Positions 59,401 to 64,000 of a DNA stretch of 64,000 nucleotides are shown here, in pieces. The notes beneath the pieces are model-generated. The model did not search any database, was not told the DNA's origin, and was given only the letters and a program-made list of their open reading frames with translations. The DNA is from Oikopleura dioica (Eukaryota > Animalia > Chordata): assembly GCA_907165135.1 (NCBI GenBank), contig OU015570.1:2191929-2255928 (forward strand), in the 5' to 3' direction. Each line of letters starts with the position of its first letter. Positions within the stretch are counted from its first letter, which is position 1. The position numbers and the translations under genes were made by a program.

Positions 59401-60136
59401 GGGACCCGGTTAGGTAGCGCCGCGCCGAACTTCAAGCGCTCGCCGTTATTCTTGTGAATGAAATTTTTGTAATTTTCTTTTTGCAAATGACATCTACAGC
59501 TCTTCAGCTTTCTCATTCAGTTTTCCGTTTTCCTCTATCACCACTCATCGATGAGCTAGATCAAAAAAGGGGAGCGCAACTTCAAAAGGCATCAAGTCCT
59601 GCAAATTTAATTTAATCTTTCAGAAACCTGCACCATGAAAAAGCCCATTAAATTCTCTACAGATTCCACCTAATGCGCAAAACTGAAACAGTACTAATAA
59701 GCGATACAGGTCAAACAAACAAAAATTCCTTGCGCGCGCCCAGCAGGAATCATGTCTCGGGAGCCCAAAATAGCGTCCTGCCGCGCCGCGCCGTGCTGAG
59801 CGCGCTAAGATTTCTGGTTTATCAGCCGTTAATCCGAAATAAGTTATGTTTCAGTTTTGCGCATTAGGTGGAATCTGTAGAGAATTTCATGGGCTTTTTA
59901 ATGGTGCAGGTTTCTGTAAGATTAAATAAAATTTGCAAGACTTGATGCCTTTTGAAGTTGCGCTCCCCTTTTTTGATCTAGCTCATCGATGAGTGGTGAT
60001 AGAGGAAAACGGAAAACTGAATGAGAAAGCTGAAGAGCTGTAGATATCATTTGCAAAAAGAAAATTACAAAAATTTCATTCACAAGAATAACGGCGAGCG
60101 CTTGAAGTTCGGCGCGGCGCTACCTAACCGGGTCCC
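59401..60136. mobile_element. Foldback-like TTAA element with TIRs of about 290 bp, same family as 2563..3308
   Basis: TTAA-GGGACCCGGTTAGG...CCTAACCGGGTCCC-TTAA. Centre (gcccagc(g/a)ggaatcatgtc...gagcccaaaatagc) shared with 2563..3308. Empty site with a single TTAA at about 33544-33547. Confidence 0.92.
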
Positions 60137-60185
60137 TTAAGATCTAAAATAGTTCTTTATTAAGAAATGATTAGAAACCTTCCAC

Positions 60186-60493
60186 CAGGGGTCTGGATTC
60201 GCTTTGCGAAGCGAAGCGAATTCGCTTCGCTTCGCTTTCGCTTTTTGTAATTTCAATTCGCTTCGCTTCGCTTTCGCTTTTTACCAAAAATTTTCGCGAA
60301 AATTTCGCTCAAAAGAATTCTTTCCAGGAGTTGAAAATTTTGCCTTTTTTGCTTAGCTTTAGCTTAAACTTAAGTTGAAATCTCGCTGAATGAGCTAAGC
60401 TGGCACTTGTAAAAACCCGAGATCGACGTTGGAAAAAATTTTCGCTTTCGCTTCGCTTTCGCTTTCCATTTTTGGCCAAAATCCAGACCCCTG
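60186..60493 (+). mobile_element. Short (308 bp) CAGGGGTCTGG-TIR MITE with 7-bp TSD
   Basis: CTTCCAC-CAGGGG...CCCCTG-CTTCCAC. The paralogous empty site at about 33497-33503 has one copy (catccac on the minus strand). Confidence 0.9.
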
Positions 60494-61009
60494 CTTCCAC
60501 CATTTACAGGTTTTCAGGAATACGGCCTCAAATGTAGCCTGATCGATACCCGTAGCCTTAAGGGTGCGAATAGAGTTATTCTCAACTAAATTCAGATTTT
60601 GCCAAAAAATCACTTATTAATTGAGCACGCGACGGGCCAGAGGTCCTTACGCGTGCATTTTCTGGTAGAGAACTCATTGGGTTGGCGGGGCCCAACTCTC
60701 GCTCTTGTTCAGAATTGTTTCCTAGGTCATAGTTGGGTAGAATGAGAGCCGGATAGTTTCGGACCGGGCGGCGCTGGGCGGCGCAGGGCGGCACAATTCA
60801 GATACCCCCAAAAATACATTCAAAGACATGTTCATATGAATAGTTTATTGAATTTTCTAGTTATTATTTCGGGCTTTCGTCGAAGGGTTGGTAGGTAGGG
60901 TTGGTAGGTAGGTTCTCATCAAAGGGCCATCAAATTAAAAACAGACAATAACTCAACAAATAATAGCTGTAACCCATTAGATATTTTATGATAGAGTTAG
61001 AAATCTAGG

Positions 61010-62190
61010 GAAAATGGCGACTGCCACTGCTAAGCGACTTCCAGCATTTTTTAAAATGGCGACTGGCAGCCTTTTTTAAATTGCAACTGCCACTGCCAAG
61101 TGACTGCCAAAATCGGCAGCTGCCAGTGGCAGTCGACTGCCAAAACTGCCAATTTCGATACAATTTTTATAGATTTTTAAAGCCAAACTTAGTCCAAAAA
61201 AGTCTTTTCGACAAGTAAAACTTATAAAAGAGACGATATCTGAGATATAAATGTCTCTTTTGATTAAAAAGATTGAATATTATAGGTCTCGGGAGCGAAT
61301 TTGGATCATGAGCGTTTTTTTGTGGTTCTAGAAAGAAAACTTTATTAATAAATTAATATCTTTCGAAGTGGCAGTAGGTTGGCAGCTGCCAGATACTGCC
61401 AGCCCTTGAAAAATGAAACTGCCACTGCCAAGTGACTGCCGAAATTGGCAGCTGCCAGTGGCAGCCGTGGCAGTACTGCCAACAAATTTCGAACTCTGTT
61501 ACAGACCCTATCGTGGTTGCGCGTCGATCGCTACGATTGCCTTGCTCGCTACAGTTGTATGAGCGGTTTCCGCACCCCTACGATTTTTTGAAATTACAAA
61601 GTTAATTTCAGAAAAGTTTTTTTATTGTATTTTTCCCTAATAAAAAATGGCGTGAGAATTTCATTACTGAAAACAGAAATCAAATATCGTATCTAAGTCA
61701 AAAGATATGAAAAATGATTCGGAATCGGAATTTCCTAAATAAAAAGAAAAATTTGAGTCACCGAATTAGACAGTCTCGGCCTCGATCGTTGGGGAAACCC
61801 TTAAAAGGCGAAAAATAGGGGTGCGTAAACCGCTCATACAACTGTACGGTGCGTCGATCGCTACGGTCCCCGTGATTTAGGGTCGGCACCAAACCAAAAG
61901 ATATTCTTCAAAAACAAGTTCTTATGAATATTTTGTTGTTATTTTATTGATAAATTATCAATAATCTAATTATCAGTGATTATAAAGATTGAATAATATA
62001 GGTCTCGGGAGCGAATTTGGATCATAACTGTTGTTTTTTTGTGGTTCTAGAAAGAAAATTTTATAAAGAGATTAATATCTTTCGAAGTGGCAGCCCTTGA
62101 AAAATTTAACTGCCACTGCCAAGTGACTGCCGAAATCGGCAGCTGCCAGTGGCAGTCGTGGCAGTACCGCCAACAACTTTCAAACTCTGT
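61010..62190. repeat. Block of ggcagt/actgcc-rich repeats with an internal duplication of about 200 bp and a gcgtcgatcgctacg MITE-like segment
   Basis: 61260-61490 resembles 61985-62180. The 61500-61890 motifs recur at about 37250-37350. Confidence 0.6.
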
Positions 62191-63582
62191 GACGAACCGT
62201 AGCTCTTTGGCATTTCCTGACGAATCGTAGGTAACCCGGATGATCCGCTGAAAAAAATTTACATGGATTCCATCTTTTTCACAAAATTAACATGGTTTCA
62301 TTTATTTTATCAGAAAATATACTTTTACATGAATTCAGCTTTTTTGATCGGTTGAAACCATGTAAAGATGCAATCCATCTAAAAGAATATTTTTACATGG
62401 AATCATTTTTTACATGCTTTATTTTTTACATGGATCGCGCTTTTACATGGAATCAGCCGTACTCTAAAAATGCTTCACACTGTAATGAATTCTCCCGCAG
62501 GAAATCGACTTGGAGAAGTTGTGTTGATTGGAAGGTCTTTTTCATAAATCTTCAATTGAAAATGGTTACAACTAATGATAAATGTGGCAGTTTAATTGAA
62601 GAATGATAACAGATAATTAACTATAAGTACTTAATTTGAAAATTATATTATTTGAAGTGTTATCAGAGCATAAAAATCTATGTGATACGTGAAAATCAGC
62701 TTCCTACGACTTTCAGATAAAAAGTCGATTTTTTGTGCGTTTTGCGGCATAACTTATGCCTACAGATAAAATATAATTTATAAATTGATAATTATAAGCG
62801 GTTTTAAAATTCTTCATCATCGCTTTTCTCAATAAATTTTCTTGAATAAAAATTTGCAGCGTCATATTTGGGGAATTGAATAAGGGGTATCAAGGGGATG
62901 ACCTATGTTACTCGAATAATATAAGCTCAAGATGATAGAAAAGAGACTGTAAGTGTTACGTAAATGAGTTTATCGATTGGTAAATGAAGAAGAGGGGTTA
63001 CACTTGATTCGTTTAGAACCCTGGTCCAAGCATGAAAAATTTTTGTGTCAATTATAAGTTAATTTTAATGCTTACAACGACTTTGTATCAGTTTTCTTTA
63101 GATATGGCTATCATTCACACTTCACCAATGAATGTGCAAAAAAAAATTATTAACTTGTGTTTAATTTTGATTGTCATTATTCAAGGGCTCTATATCTGGA
63201 TCGGGTATTTTTCTTATAGCGGAGGTTCTCGTAGTCGCTGATTTTTCTTCGAGCTTGCCCTTTGAAGCAGCTTATATAAGAGTTTTTACGAAAGCTTCAA
63301 GAAATAAGTAAAAAAAAAATTCTTTCAAAACAGTTCTCCTTCTGATTTTTTGTTAAGACATGTGTAAAAAATCATATAAGCTCAATTTTCGCCAAAATAA
63401 CCCTCGCTTATTATTCGTTAAAAAATTTGTGAAAAATAAGTATCTTACTTTTTCTTGATTCTTTTCCTATACAGTAAAAACCCAAAATTTCCCCACCCGA
63501 AATTTGGCCGTTTTTTGTCTAAATCTGCCTTTTTTGGAAACTGAAATCAACCCTTAATTTGGCAGCTTTTTCCAAAATACAT

Positions 63583-64000
63583 ACAGTTTGAAGCACTTTT
63601 AAGGCCGACCCTTTTAAGGCCACTTTTTCGAAAAATTCCCGAAATCTGTCATCCTAAAAAAATCCACTTTAAGGCCATTTTCCCTTCAATTTCAGTTCAA
63701 AATCCGAAAGTTACAGTGTCACTTGAAAAAGCTTTATTTCGGGTGTAGGGCGGCTACGTTACAAATAGTTAAAATTGTAACAGCGTTACAAAAATTCAAA
63801 ATCAAAATCATTGAACGAGTGGGCGCTTCGCGCCTGAATTAAAGGAAACTACACTTTGGCACACCTTATCGCTTATTCTGTCCAAAATAATAAGAATTAC
63901 GGAATGGAAAATAATTTTTATTGGGAAAAAAATCTGAATTCTTGTAACGGCGTTACAAAATTGTAACGGCGTTACAAATTTGTAACGTAGCCGCCCGTCC
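63583..64000 (+). mobile_element. Tc1/mariner-type MITE (ttttaaggcc family), runs off the window
   Basis: Nearly identical to 52121-52545. Confidence 0.85.

Noticed and set aside
62200-63580. Host genes (ORFs 62292..62606 and 63032..63241)
   Set aside because: Short, very AT-rich, built partly of ttttacatgg repeats, with no motifs or splice structure.
1-64000. rRNA, tRNA or spliced-leader RNA genes; prokaryotic origin
   Set aside because: No cloverleaf or conserved rRNA segments were recognised. Spliceosomal introns and eukaryotic transposon families argue against a prokaryotic source.

Overview
AT-rich eukaryotic, heterochromatin-like DNA made almost entirely of nested transposable elements. 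The very short 40-47 nt GT-AG introns and the Ty3/gypsy pol remnants fit a larvacean tunicate such as Oikopleura; this is inference, not a database result. I see no ordinary housekeeping gene, rRNA, tRNA or CRISPR array. Contents: three or four degraded LTR retrotransposons, two MULE transposase remnants (one with TIRs and TSD), and a pogo remnant. There is also a 4-kb hAT element whose four-intron, 680-codon transposase is broken only by a TTAA MITE, at least ten MITE families, and two tandem arrays (55 and 56 bp units) with hairpin-forming units. The most unusual feature is a minus-strand cassette at about 44.7-49.4 kb. It has a spliced gag-like ORF, a tyrosine recombinase whose R-K-H-R-W-Y residues can all be recovered, no reverse transcriptase, and split direct repeats ending in a hairpin. 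Relatives of that terminus occur at 33.9 kb and, in pieces separated by three nested insertions, at 18.0-25.0 kb. All coordinates and alignments were worked out by hand.
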